Origin: an uncultured Bacillota bacterium
Lineage (GTDB): Bacteria > Bacillota > DTU025 > MWDF01
Assembly: GCA_963823655.1 (NCBI GenBank)
Contig: CAWGMK010000006.1
Coordinates: forward strand, 192,001-256,000
DNA length: 64,000 bases
Direction: 5' to 3'
Shown in pieces: positions 52,802 to 61,806 of the stretch (position 1 is its first letter; every line of letters starts with the position of its first letter). The translations under genes and the position numbers were made by a program. Below the pieces are notes generated by a model. The model ran no database searches and was not told the DNA's origin. It was given only the letters and a program-made list of their open reading frames with translations.

Positions 52802-54584
52802 ATGTCAGAGAGTTATATCGAATGTACACGCCAAGGCCAATAGCCAGGAGTCTCTGGAGATGCTAAGGCATACAAGCTCGCATGTTCTGGCGCACGCCGT
52901 AAAGAGGCTGTTCCCTGGCGTCAAGCTTGGAATCGGTCCGGCTATTTCAAACGGCTTCTATTATGATTTCCAGAGGGAAGTACCGTTTACTCCGGACGAT
53001 CTGGAGCATATCGAAGCCGAGATGAGGAAGATCATCAAGGAGGACCTTCCCATCGTAAGAAGTGAGATGGGCAAGGCCGAGGCAGCAGAGATGCTAGCCG
53101 GCATGGGCGAGGATTTCAAAGTGGAGCTTGCCAAGGAGTTGGAGGGCGATGTAGCCTCCTTCTTCAGGCAGGGGGAATTCATTGACCTCTGCCGCGGCCC
53201 GCACCTTGAGGCCACGGGTATGATCCCGGCTTTCAAGCTTACCCAGGTTGCCGGCGCGTATTGGAGAGGCGACGAGAAGCGCCCCATGCTGTCCAGGATA
53301 TATGGGACGGCCTTCTTCAGCAAGAAGGAGCTCGATGATTACCTTGAGGCTGTTGAAGAGGCCAAGAAGCGCGACCATAACAAGATCGGAAGGGAACTCG
53401 GCTACTTCACCACCAGCGAGCTTGTAGGCCAGGGACTGCCGCTTCTGATGCCCAAAGGCGCGAAAGTAATACAGATACTCCAGCGCTTCGTCGAGGACGA
53501 GGAGGAAAGGCGCGGCTACGTAAGCACCAAGACGCCCTATATGGCAAAGAGCGACCTCTACAAGTTGTCGGGCCACTGGGCGCACTACAAAGAAGGCATG
53601 TTCATAATGGGCGACGAGGCGAAAGGCGAGGAAGTCTACGCCCTGAGGCCCATGACCTGCCCGTTCCAGTTCATTATCTTCAACAGCGCATTGAGAAGCT
53701 ACAGGGAGATGCCCATCAGGTATTCTGAGACTTCTACCCTGTTCAGAAACGAATCGTCAGGCGAGATGCATGGGCTGATCAGGGTCAGGCAGTTTACGAT
53801 ATCCGAGGGGCATCTTGTGGTAAGGCCAGACCAGCTGGCCGACGAGTTCAGAGGGGTAGTCGACCTCGCCCATTTCATGATGAAGTCGGTCGGGCTCGAA
53901 AACGACCTCGTCTACAGGTTCTCCAAGTGGGATCCGAAGAACAAGGAGAAGTACATCGACAATCCCGCAGCATGGGAGGACAGCCAGGCACGCATGAAGG
54001 TCATCCTGGATGGGCTTGGCATAGACTATTACGAAGCCGACGGCGAAGCTGCATTCTATGGCCCCAAGCTGGATATACAGATCAGAAACGTTTATGGCAA
54101 GGAAGATACCCTCATTACAGTGCAGATCGACTTCGTGCAGGCGGACAGGTTCGATATGAGCTACGTCGACAGCGACGGGGCTAAGAAACGCCCGTATGTA
54201 ATCCACAGGACATCCATAGGCTGCTACGAGAGGACTCTTGCAATACTCCTCGAAAAGCATGCCGGCGCCCTCCCGTCGTGGATCGCCCCGGTCCAGGTAA
54301 AGCTGTTGCCGATATCTGATGCACAGATAGGATACGCCGAAGGGGTGGCAGCAAGCCTAAGGGAGGCCGGTTTTAGAGCAGAGATCGACAGAAGCGGCGA
54401 GAAGATCGGCTATAAGATCAGGTCGGCCCAGATGGACAAGGTACCCTATATGCTGATCATGGGCGGCAAGGAGCAGGAGGCGTCAAGCGTCGCCGTAAGG
54501 TGCAGGAAGCGCGGGGACCTGGGTCCGATGCCCCTGGACGCATTCGTAGCGATGCTGTCGGAGGAGACCAGGCTGAGAAAGTAG
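52802..54584 (+). CDS. thrS: Threonine-tRNA ligase lacking the N-terminal TGS domain (ATG after the RBS is out of frame; probable early indel)
   Basis: RHTSSHVLA, GPAISNGFYYD, DLCRGPH, GAYWRGD, RDHNKIG, RPMTCP, AFYGPKLD, VIHR. Confidence 0.95.
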
Positions 54585-54644
54585 CGCACATGGTTGATTT
54601 GACATCCACGGTAAGGGCGTGTTAATATACCTTGGAATTGAAAC

Positions 54645-54745
54645 AAGAAGAAGCATCCGCTTCTCACCGTACGGCTAATGCCAGTCCGGTTACCGTAAAG
54701 AGCCAAGAGGCCGGGCGGATGCATATGCCCGGCCTTTATATTTTA
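54645..54745 (+). promoter_or_regulatory. L20 ribosomal leader
   Basis: AGAAGCATCCGCTTCTCACC..GGCGGATGC pairing and terminator GGCCGGGC..GCCCGGCC plus T tract before infC; TTGACA at 54599. Confidence 0.8.
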
Positions 54746-54762
54746 TTCGGGGGTGAATAGCT

Positions 54763-55278
54763 ATCGGCAAAGAACTCTACATTAACGACGAGATCCGCGC
54801 TAAGGAAGTGCGCGTGGTCACGGAGGAAGGCGAACAGCTAGGGATCATGAGCACTAGGGACGCTGTAAAGGCCGCATCCGACCGCAACCTCGACCTAGTT
54901 GAAGTGGCTCCCGCCGCCAAGCCTCCTGTCTGCAAGATCATGGACTACGGAAAGTTCAAGTACGAGCAGGCCAAGAAGGATCGCGAGGCGCGCAAGAAGC
55001 AGCATGTGGTCGATTTGAAGGAAATAAGGATGAGCGTCAAGATCGGAGAGCACGACTTCAACGTCTGGTTCAAGGCGGCGGAGACCTGGCTCAAAGAGGG
55101 TGACAAGGTCAAGGCGACCATAAGGTTCAGAGGGCGCGAGATCGCGCATCCGGAACTTGGGCAGAAACATCTGATCAAGCTGACCAACCTCCTTAGCGAA
55201 GTGGCGGTTGTAGAGAGGCCTCCGGTGATCGAAGGCCGCAATATGTTTACGATACTGGCCCCTAAACAGCAGAACTAA
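54763..55278 (+). CDS. infC: Translation initiation factor IF3 (ATC start inferred)
   Basis: INDEIR..EVRVV..GEQLG, LDLVEVAP..PPVCKIMDYGKFKYE, FRGRE; in-frame ATC after GGGGTG RBS. Confidence 0.95.
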   Translation: MGKELYINDEIRAKEVRVVTEEGEQLGIMSTRDAVKAASDRNLDLVEVAPAAKPPVCKIMDYGKFKYEQAKKDREARKKQHVVDLKEIRMSVKIGEHDFNVWFKAAETWLKEGDKVKATIRFRGREIAHPELGQKHLIKLTNLLSEVAVVERPPVIEGRNMFTILAPKQQN

Positions 55279-55313
55279 CCAGAACGATACTAGCGTCGGG
55301 GAGGAACACAATA

Positions 55314-55511
55314 ATGCCTAAGATGAAGACCCACAAGGGTGCCTCAAAGAGAATGTCCATCACGAGCTCCGGCAAGGTGAAGTTCCAGAAGACAGGCAAG
55401 AGGCACAAGCTCGAGCACAAGTCCCCTAAATCCAGGCGACTCAAGAGGGGTACCGAGATTGCAGCCAGCGGAGCCGCCGCGAATATCCACCGCATGTTGC
55501 CCTACTCCTAA
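55314..55511 (+). CDS. rpmI: 50S ribosomal protein L35
   Basis: MPKMKTHKGASKR. Confidence 0.96.
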   Translation: MPKMKTHKGASKRMSITSSGKVKFQKTGKRHKLEHKSPKSRRLKRGTEIAASGAAANIHRMLPYS

Positions 55512-55549
55512 GTAGAGGCAAGAACTTTTATTACGAGGGAGTGACTTAA

Positions 55550-55912
55550 ATGGCTAGGGTAAAAGGCGGTTTCACAAGTAAGAGAAGGCATAATAAGACT
55601 TTTAAATATGTAAAGGGCTTTACTGGCGCCAAGAGCAAGATATGGAGACGCGCCCATGAGGCGATGCTCCATTCGATGGCATATTCATACCGCGACAGGC
55701 ACAACCGCAAGCGCGACTTCAGAAGACTCTGGATCGCCAGGATCAACGCTGCTTCAAGGATCAACGGCCTTTCATACAGCAGATTCATAGCGGGGCTCAA
55801 GGCCACCGGCGTAGAGGTCAACCGCAAGGTGTTGGCCGATATCGCGATATGCGATGCGGCAGCTTTTGCGGAGTTGGCCGCAAAGGCAAAGCTCGGTCTT
55901 GCAAGCAAGTAA
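55550..55912 (+). CDS. rplT: 50S ribosomal protein L20
   Basis: MARVKGG, KRDFRRLWIARINAA, NRKVLADIA. Confidence 0.97.
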   Translation: MARVKGGFTSKRRHNKTFKYVKGFTGAKSKIWRRAHEAMLHSMAYSYRDRHNRKRDFRRLWIARINAASRINGLSYSRFIAGLKATGVEVNRKVLADIAICDAAAFAELAAKAKLGLASK

Positions 55913-55922
55913 AGAAGAATAC

Positions 55923-55963
55923 GGGAATATTATTGGCGGCTCCGAAAGGGCCGCCATATTTTC
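55923..55963 (+). terminator. Hairpin after rplT
   Basis: TGGCGGCTC-CGAAA-GGGCCGCCA followed by TATTTT. Confidence 0.6.
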
Positions 55964-55973
55964 GGGGCATCCA

Positions 55974-56738
55974 ATGATAACTTCCAGGGCCAATGACAAT
56001 ATCAGGAGATACAGAGGGCTTCTGTCAAAGCCGGAGCCCGGTTTTGTATGCCTTGAAGGGCCAAAGCTGATCGCAGACTGCATCGAAGCCGGCGCAAAGC
56101 TGGTCGACATGTTCATATCCCCGAGGGGGATTGCAGCGAGGGGCAGCGGGTCCGTCAGAAGGGCAGTTATGGCTGCCGGCGGCAACGTCTGGGAAGTGTC
56201 GGATCCGATAATCGATTACATGTGCGACACGGAACACCCCCAAGGCATGGCCGCGGTCGCGGCGTGGAGCTACAGCTCGGAAATACCGGACAAGGCGCCG
56301 GTAATCGCCCTTGACGGGGTCCAGGATCCGGGAAATGTCGGCGCTATCATCAGGACGGCTGCGGCATTCGGCTTCGGCGCTGTAGTCCTGGGCGGCGATA
56401 CGGCAGCTGCCTCCTCTCCAAAGGCCGCAAGGGCGAGCATGGGCTCAATCTTCAGAATCAGGATCCTTCAGGTGAGAAACCTCAAAGGGGCGCTTGAGGG
56501 CATGAAGGAGTGCGGTTTCGCAATCGTTGGCCTGGATATGGCCGGAGAAGTGCTTTCAAAGGCATCCTTGCATGGGGATTGCTGCTTAGTCGTAGGCTCC
56601 GAGGGCAACGGCCTTTCAGATGGGGTGAAGGCCGCAACAGACAGGCTCATGTCGATACCGATGCGATGCGGTGTCGAGTCTCTCAATGCCTCGGTAGCCG
56701 CATCTGTGGCCATGTGGGAGCTGTCGGGAAGACCGTAA
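55974..56738 (+). CDS. TrmH/SpoU-family RNA methyltransferase
   Basis: VQDPGNVGAIIRTA, RASMGS, GSEGNGLS, IPM..VESLNASVAA. Confidence 0.9.
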   Translation: MITSRANDNIRRYRGLLSKPEPGFVCLEGPKLIADCIEAGAKLVDMFISPRGIAARGSGSVRRAVMAAGGNVWEVSDPIIDYMCDTEHPQGMAAVAAWSYSSEIPDKAPVIALDGVQDPGNVGAIIRTAAAFGFGAVVLGGDTAAASSPKAARASMGSIFRIRILQVRNLKGALEGMKECGFAIVGLDMAGEVLSKASLHGDCCLVVGSEGNGLSDGVKAATDRLMSIPMRCGVESLNASVAASVAMWELSGRP

Positions 56739-56790
56739 TATTTGTTTATTGACGAGTCATATGCGGTAATGATAATATAACAAATGCCTC

Positions 56791-56865
56791 GCCGACGTAG
56801 CTCAACGGTAGAGCAGCTGATTTGTAATCAGCAGGTTGCGGGTTCGATTCCCATCGTCGGCTCCA
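56791..56865 (+). tRNA. tRNA-Thr(TGT)
   Basis: GCTGA-TT-TGT-AA-TCAGC, CCA; promoter TTGACG at 56749. Confidence 0.93.
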
Positions 56866-56885
56866 GTGGATAAGAAGGTATTCGT

Positions 56886-56971
56886 GGAGAGATGGCCGAG
56901 CGGCTAAAGGCGGCAGACTGTAAATCTGCTCACGGACGTGTACGGTGGTTCGAATCCACCTCTCTCCACCA
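56886..56971 (+). tRNA. tRNA-Tyr(GTA)
   Basis: GCAGA-CT-GTA-AA-TCTGC, long variable arm, CCA. Confidence 0.95.
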
Positions 56972-57008
56972 CCGTTTGGCAATATGGGTAGGATAAAACC
57001 CTTAGGTT

Positions 57009-57126
57009 TTCCGGTGATAATGGCGGAGGGGCCACACCTGTTCCCATTCCGAACACAGTAGTTAAGCCCTCCAGCGCCGATGGTACTCGGCTGGCAACGG
57101 CCCGGGAGAGTAGGACATCGCCGGAA
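57009..57126 (+). rRNA. rrf: 5S rRNA (stand-alone)
   Basis: CACCTGTTCCCATTCCGAACACAG.AGTTAAGC, GCCGATGGTACT, GGGAGAGTAGG; terminal helix TTCCGGTGAT/ATCGCCGGAA. Confidence 0.95.
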
Positions 57127-57143
57127 TTATTCTTAGTAGACAT

Positions 57144-57219
57144 GCGGGTATAGCTCAGTTGGTAGAGCGTCAGCCTTCCAAGCTGAATGTCGCGGGTCCG
57201 AATCCCGTTGCCCGCTCCA
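57144..57219 (+). tRNA. tRNA-Gly(TCC)
   Basis: TCAGC-CT-TCC-AA-GCTGA, CCA; T-loop reads TCCGAAT. Confidence 0.9.
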
Positions 57220-57227
57220 AAGTTCGT

Positions 57228-57304
<77 letters not shown>

Positions 57305-57313
57305 AAATTACCG

Positions 57314-57390
57314 GCCCGCGTAGCTCAGTAGGTAGCAGCGCATCCATGGTAAGGATGAGGTCATCGGTTCAATTCCGATCGCGGGCTCCA
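57314..57390 (+). tRNA. tRNA-Thr(GGT)
   Basis: CATCC-AT-GGT-AA-GGATG, CCA. Confidence 0.92.
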
Positions 57391-57436
57391 TATCAAACGG
57401 CCGCAGCATCTTGCTGCGGCACTTTGGTATTTATAG

Positions 57437-58003
<567 letters not shown>

Positions 58004-58040
58004 CGCTTTTTAAAAGCCGCCGGGAAGCCCGGAAAGTATA

Positions 58041-58069
58041 TTGATTATGAAAACGGCCTGTGGTAAACT
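58041..58069 (+). promoter_or_regulatory. Extended -10 promoter for rpmG-secE-nusG
   Basis: TTGATT-17 bp-TAAACT with TG at the extended position. Confidence 0.65.
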
Positions 58070-58199
58070 TCGTATTGCGACCCCACGGGGGGTCTTAATT
58101 ATTGTTAGTTTGTAGGGGCCTTTAAGGCGCAGCTCCGAGGCAGGAGAAAGAAAGTGCGCGTCAAAGGTACCTATAAAGCCTTGCAAGGAGGGAAATCCA

Positions 58200-58349
58200 A
58201 TGCGGGAGGGCATCACGCTCCAGTGTACTGAGTGCAAGAACAAGAACTATCAGACCAACAAGAACAAGCGCAACGACCCTGACAGGATAGAGCTCAGCAA
58301 GTACTGCAAGTTCTGCAGGAAGCATACCGCTCACAAGGAGACCAGGTAA
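58200..58349 (+). CDS. rpmG: 50S ribosomal protein L33 (Zn-binding form); not in the ORF track
   Basis: [46 protein letters not shown]; RBS AAGGAGG. Confidence 0.96.
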   Translation: MREGITLQCTECKNKNYQTNKNKRNDPDRIELSKYCKFCRKHTAHKETR

Positions 58350-58375
58350 GCGCAAACGACTAGGGGGTATAAGCG

Positions 58376-58603
58376 ATGTCCGAGAACAATCCCGGATTTA
58401 CCCAGCGGATAGCGAGCTTTTTCGGCAGGATTGGGAGGTTCTTCCGGGAAGTGCGCGCGGAGTTCAAGAAGGTACAGTGGCCCAACAGGAAGGAACTTAC
58501 CGCCTACACGCTGGTTGTCGTAGGGACCGTCGCGGTAGTGGCAGCATTCCTCGGCTTGATAGACTATGGCCTATCGGCAGTCATACAAGCTGTAGTGAAG
58601 TAG
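58376..58603 (+). CDS. secE: Preprotein translocase SecE
   Basis: FFREVRAEFKKVQWPNRKE followed by one TM helix. Confidence 0.95.
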   Translation: MSENNPGFTQRIASFFGRIGRFFREVRAEFKKVQWPNRKELTAYTLVVVGTVAVVAAFLGLIDYGLSAVIQAVVK

Positions 58604-58630
58604 GAAGCCTCCCGAAACTAGGGGGTCAAA

Positions 58631-59179
58631 ATGAGCGAGACTGAAAACAATGTAAAGCCTCTGTGGTATGTGATACACACCTACTCAGGCTATGAGAACA
58701 AGGTAAAGATGAACCTCGAGAACCGGGTCAAGAACCTGGGGATGGAGGAAAAGATCTTCCGCGTTCTTGTGCCCACAGAGGAGAGCACCGAAGTTAAGGA
58801 CGGCAAGAAGAAGGTAACCCAGAGGAAAATCTTCCCCAGCTATGTACTAGTAGAGATGATCATGCAGGACGACTCCTGGTACGTAGTAAGGAACACCCCC
58901 GGAGTTACAAGCTTCGTGGGCTCCGGAAACAAACCGATATCGCTCGGTGATGACGAAGCCTATAAGATACTGAGGATGATGGGCATTGTAGACCCGTCGA
59001 GGCCCAAGGTCAATTTCGCTGTTGGCGAGACTTTGAAGGTAATACTCGGTCCGTCTATGATCTACACCGGCGTCGTGCAGGAAATCATGCAGGACAAAGG
59101 AAAAATGAGGGTCATGGTCTCGATGTTCGGCAGGGACACATTAGTCGAGCTCGATACGGATCAGGCCGAGAAGATATAG
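58631..59179 (+). CDS. nusG: Transcription factor NusG
   Basis: WYVIHTYSGYENKVK, VVRNTPGVT.FVG, KOW domain MFGR. Confidence 0.97.
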   Translation: MSETENNVKPLWYVIHTYSGYENKVKMNLENRVKNLGMEEKIFRVLVPTEESTEVKDGKKKVTQRKIFPSYVLVEMIMQDDSWYVVRNTPGVTSFVGSGNKPISLGDDEAYKILRMMGIVDPSRPKVNFAVGETLKVILGPSMIYTGVVQEIMQDKGKMRVMVSMFGRDTLVELDTDQAEKI

Positions 59180-59215
59180 CTTTTAAAGAGCTAGTTTGAG
59201 AGGGGATTTCGCAAA

Positions 59216-59644
59216 ATGGCCAAGAAAGTCACAGCTATAGTAAAGCTACAGTTGAATGCAGGCAAGGCAACCCCGGCGCCTCCTGTAGGCCCCGTGCTTG
59301 CGCCCACCGGCATTAATATTGTAGGTTTCACGAAGGACTTCAATGCCAGGACCGCCGACCAGGTAGGGACAATCATCCCGGTCGTCGTGACGGTATATGA
59401 AGACAGATCATACACAATGGTGCTCAAGACTCCTCCGGTATCATTCCTGATTAAGAAGTACGCCGGAATTGAGAAGGGCAGCGGAGTGCCGCAGACCGAT
59501 AAGGTCGGCAAGCTCACTTCCGCAAAGGTCAAGGAGATCGCGCAGATCAAGATGCCTGACCTCAATGCGGCATCTATTGAGTCCGCGATGAGCATGGTAG
59601 CAGGTTCTGCGAGGTCAATGGGCGTAACCGTTAGCGAAGAGTAG
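59216..59644 (+). CDS. rplK: 50S ribosomal protein L11
   Basis: [30 protein letters not shown]. Confidence 0.97.
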   Translation: MAKKVTAIVKLQLNAGKATPAPPVGPVLAPTGINIVGFTKDFNARTADQVGTIIPVVVTVYEDRSYTMVLKTPPVSFLIKKYAGIEKGSGVPQTDKVGKLTSAKVKEIAQIKMPDLNAASIESAMSMVAGSARSMGVTVSEE

Positions 59645-59656
59645 CACTTATATAAA

Positions 59657-59692
59657 GTGGGAGGGCCCAAAGCCCGCCTGCACCACAGGAGG
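59657..59692 (+). promoter_or_regulatory. L1-binding autoregulatory hairpin
   Basis: GTGGGAGGGC..GCCC..ACCAC next to the rplA RBS. Confidence 0.55.
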
Positions 59693-59699
59693 TTTGCAA

Positions 59700-60404
59700 A
59701 TGGCTAAGAAGACAATCGAAGCATCAAAGAAGATCGACCGCAGCAAGCTTTATGATCCCGAAGAAGCCATAGGCCTGCTCAAGGAAGTGGCGTTCGCCAA
59801 ATTCGACGAGACTGTCGAACTGCATGTAAGGCTGGGAATCGACTCCAGGCAGTCCGACCAGCAGGTACGCGGCGCAGTTGTCCTGCCTTTCGGTACAGGA
59901 AAGACGAAGCGCGTGGCCGTTTTCGCCAAAGGCGAGAAGGCTAAGGAAGCCGAAGCAGCCGGCGCTGATATCGTCGGAGCCGAGGACCTAGCGGCCCGCA
60001 TCCAGCAGGAGAACTTCCTTGATTTCGACGTAATAGTAGCAACGCCCGATATGATGGGTGCGCTTGGTAAGCTAGGTAAGATATTGGGTCCTAAAGGCCT
60101 GATGCCGAACCCCAAGACCGGCACCGTCACATTCGATATCGAGCGCGCCATCCGCGAAATCAAGGCCGGTAAAGTAGAGTACAGAGTGGACAAGACCTCT
60201 ATAGTCCATGTCCCGCTCGGTAAGGTCTCCTTCGACAAGGAAAAGATATTGGCAAACTTCGCGACTTTGATGGATGCCCTTGTAAAGGCCAAGCCGGCCG
60301 CAGCCAAGGGAACTTATCTCAAGAGCGTGGCAGTTGCATCTACAATGGGCCCAGGCATCAAGATCAACCCCCAGACGGCCACGGGCGTATCATTGGAGAA
60401 GTAA
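59700..60404 (+). CDS. rplA: 50S ribosomal protein L1
   Basis: [41 protein letters not shown]. Confidence 0.97.
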   Translation: MAKKTIEASKKIDRSKLYDPEEAIGLLKEVAFAKFDETVELHVRLGIDSRQSDQQVRGAVVLPFGTGKTKRVAVFAKGEKAKEAEAAGADIVGAEDLAARIQQENFLDFDVIVATPDMMGALGKLGKILGPKGLMPNPKTGTVTFDIERAIREIKAGKVEYRVDKTSIVHVPLGKVSFDKEKILANFATLMDALVKAKPAAAKGTYLKSVAVASTMGPGIKINPQTATGVSLEK

Positions 60405-60433
60405 GGGCCTGGATAAATAGAAGCTTCCAAACG

Positions 60434-60562
60434 GCCATTGACAGCAGGAGCCCCATTCGGGGAGCAAACGGCGAAAGCAGTCCTGCCGAGGTCGGAGAAC
60501 CGCAAGAACCATCCGGTTCAATTTGGGCCTCCGGCACAAGCCGCCGGGGGCCCGTTATTTAT
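60434..60562 (+). promoter_or_regulatory. L10 ribosomal leader
   Basis: GACAGCAGG..CCTGCCGAGG core and terminator-like GGGCCTCCGGC..GCCGGGGGCCC. Confidence 0.75.
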
Positions 60563-60596
60563 TAACGCTACTTTAAGGCGAAATGGAGGTGTGAAC

Positions 60597-61094
60597 TTGC
60601 CTACAGTAGAAAAAGAGAAGAAGATAGCCGAGCTATCTGAGAAGATCGCCGGTTCCAAGACTATAGTGTTCGCGGACTTCCGCGGGCTTACGGTCGGACA
60701 GGATACGAAGCTCCGCTCCAAATTGAGAGGGGCTGGAGTCGAGTATAAGGTCGCAAAGAATACGCTAATCGAGAAGGCGGCCGGACTCAAGGGTATCACG
60801 GGACTGCACGAGTATCTCCACGGACCGACTGCGGTCGCATTCAGCGGGGATGACCTTACAGCGCCTGCAAGGATACTTGTGGAAGCTGCCAAGGAGACAA
60901 AGATCCTTCAGATAAAAGGCGGCATGCTGATTTCCAAGCCGATATCCAGGGAAGCCGTTCTGAAGCTGGCCGAACTGCCAAGCAGACAGGTACTGCTAGC
61001 GATGCTATGCGGAACATTGAATGCTCCTATTGCGAACTTCGCAAGGGCGCTTGATCAGATCAGGGAACAGAAGGCAGCAGTAGCTGCAAACTAA
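60597..61094 (+). CDS. rplJ: 50S ribosomal protein L10
   Basis: DFRGLTV..LR..LR, VAKNTL, GPTAVAF, IKGG, LAELPSR; TTG after GGAGGT. Confidence 0.95.
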   Translation: MPTVEKEKKIAELSEKIAGSKTIVFADFRGLTVGQDTKLRSKLRGAGVEYKVAKNTLIEKAAGLKGITGLHEYLHGPTAVAFSGDDLTAPARILVEAAKETKILQIKGGMLISKPISREAVLKLAELPSRQVLLAMLCGTLNAPIANFARALDQIREQKAAVAAN

Positions 61095-61121
61095 TATGAA
61101 ATCGATAAGGAGGATATTAAT

Positions 61122-61496
61122 ATGACAAGGGAAGAAATCATCTCTGCAGTTGAGCAGATGAATGTTCTCGAGCTCTCAGAGCTCGTAAAGGCGATCGAAG
61201 AGAAGTTCGGCGTGAGCGCCGCAATGCCAGTCGGCGCCGCCGCCGGCGCAGCACCCGTAGCAGCAGCAGCAGAGGTCGAAGAGCAGACAGAGTTCGACGT
61301 AATCCTCACCAGCCCCGGCGAGAAGAAGATCCAGGTCCTGAAGGTTATCCGTGAGATCACCGGACTCGGCCTCAAGGAAGCCAAGGACCTCGTAGACAAC
61401 GCTCCTAAGCCGATCAAGGAAGGCGTCAAGAAGGAAGAGGCAGAGGAGATCAAGAAGAAGATCGAGGCCGAGGGCGGAGCAACGCAGATCAAGTAG
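61122..61496 (+). CDS. rplL: 50S ribosomal protein L7/L12
   Basis: [29 protein letters not shown]. Confidence 0.97.
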   Translation: MTREEIISAVEQMNVLELSELVKAIEEKFGVSAAMPVGAAAGAAPVAAAAEVEEQTEFDVILTSPGEKKIQVLKVIREITGLGLKEAKDLVDNAPKPIKEGVKKEEAEEIKKKIEAEGGATQIK

Positions 61497-61513
61497 TAAT
61501 CCCGAAATAATTC

Positions 61514-61545
61514 ATGCCCCTCTTAACGAGGGGCATTTCTTTTTT
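61514..61545 (+). terminator. Terminator after rplL
   Basis: ATGCCCCTC..GAGGGGCAT followed by T tract. Confidence 0.85.
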
Positions 61546-61555
61546 CCTAATGCAG

Positions 61556-61646
61556 TTTACAATCTTGCAAAGATATAGTAACATTATTTATTGCCCATAA
61601 ATTTGGGCAACGGAAGTTTACAAGGGAGAGGTAATTGCGATATACT
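61556..61646 (+). promoter_or_regulatory. Tandem candidate promoters for rpoB
   Basis: TTTACA-17 bp-TAACAT (61556-61584) and TTTACA-18 bp-TATACT (61617-61646). Confidence 0.5.
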
Positions 61647-61806
61647 ACGTTACCTGTCTTCTAGTATAGTGCGCACGGGCTCAGTTGGCAATCGCCGACC
61701 GGTGTTAGGTCCGTGTAGTTAACTATTTACCGCGCAAGCACCTCGCAGTGCATCTTTGCCGTCGCGTCATAACAGACTGCGGCCGCATGAGGAGGTAGGC
61801 AAGCAA

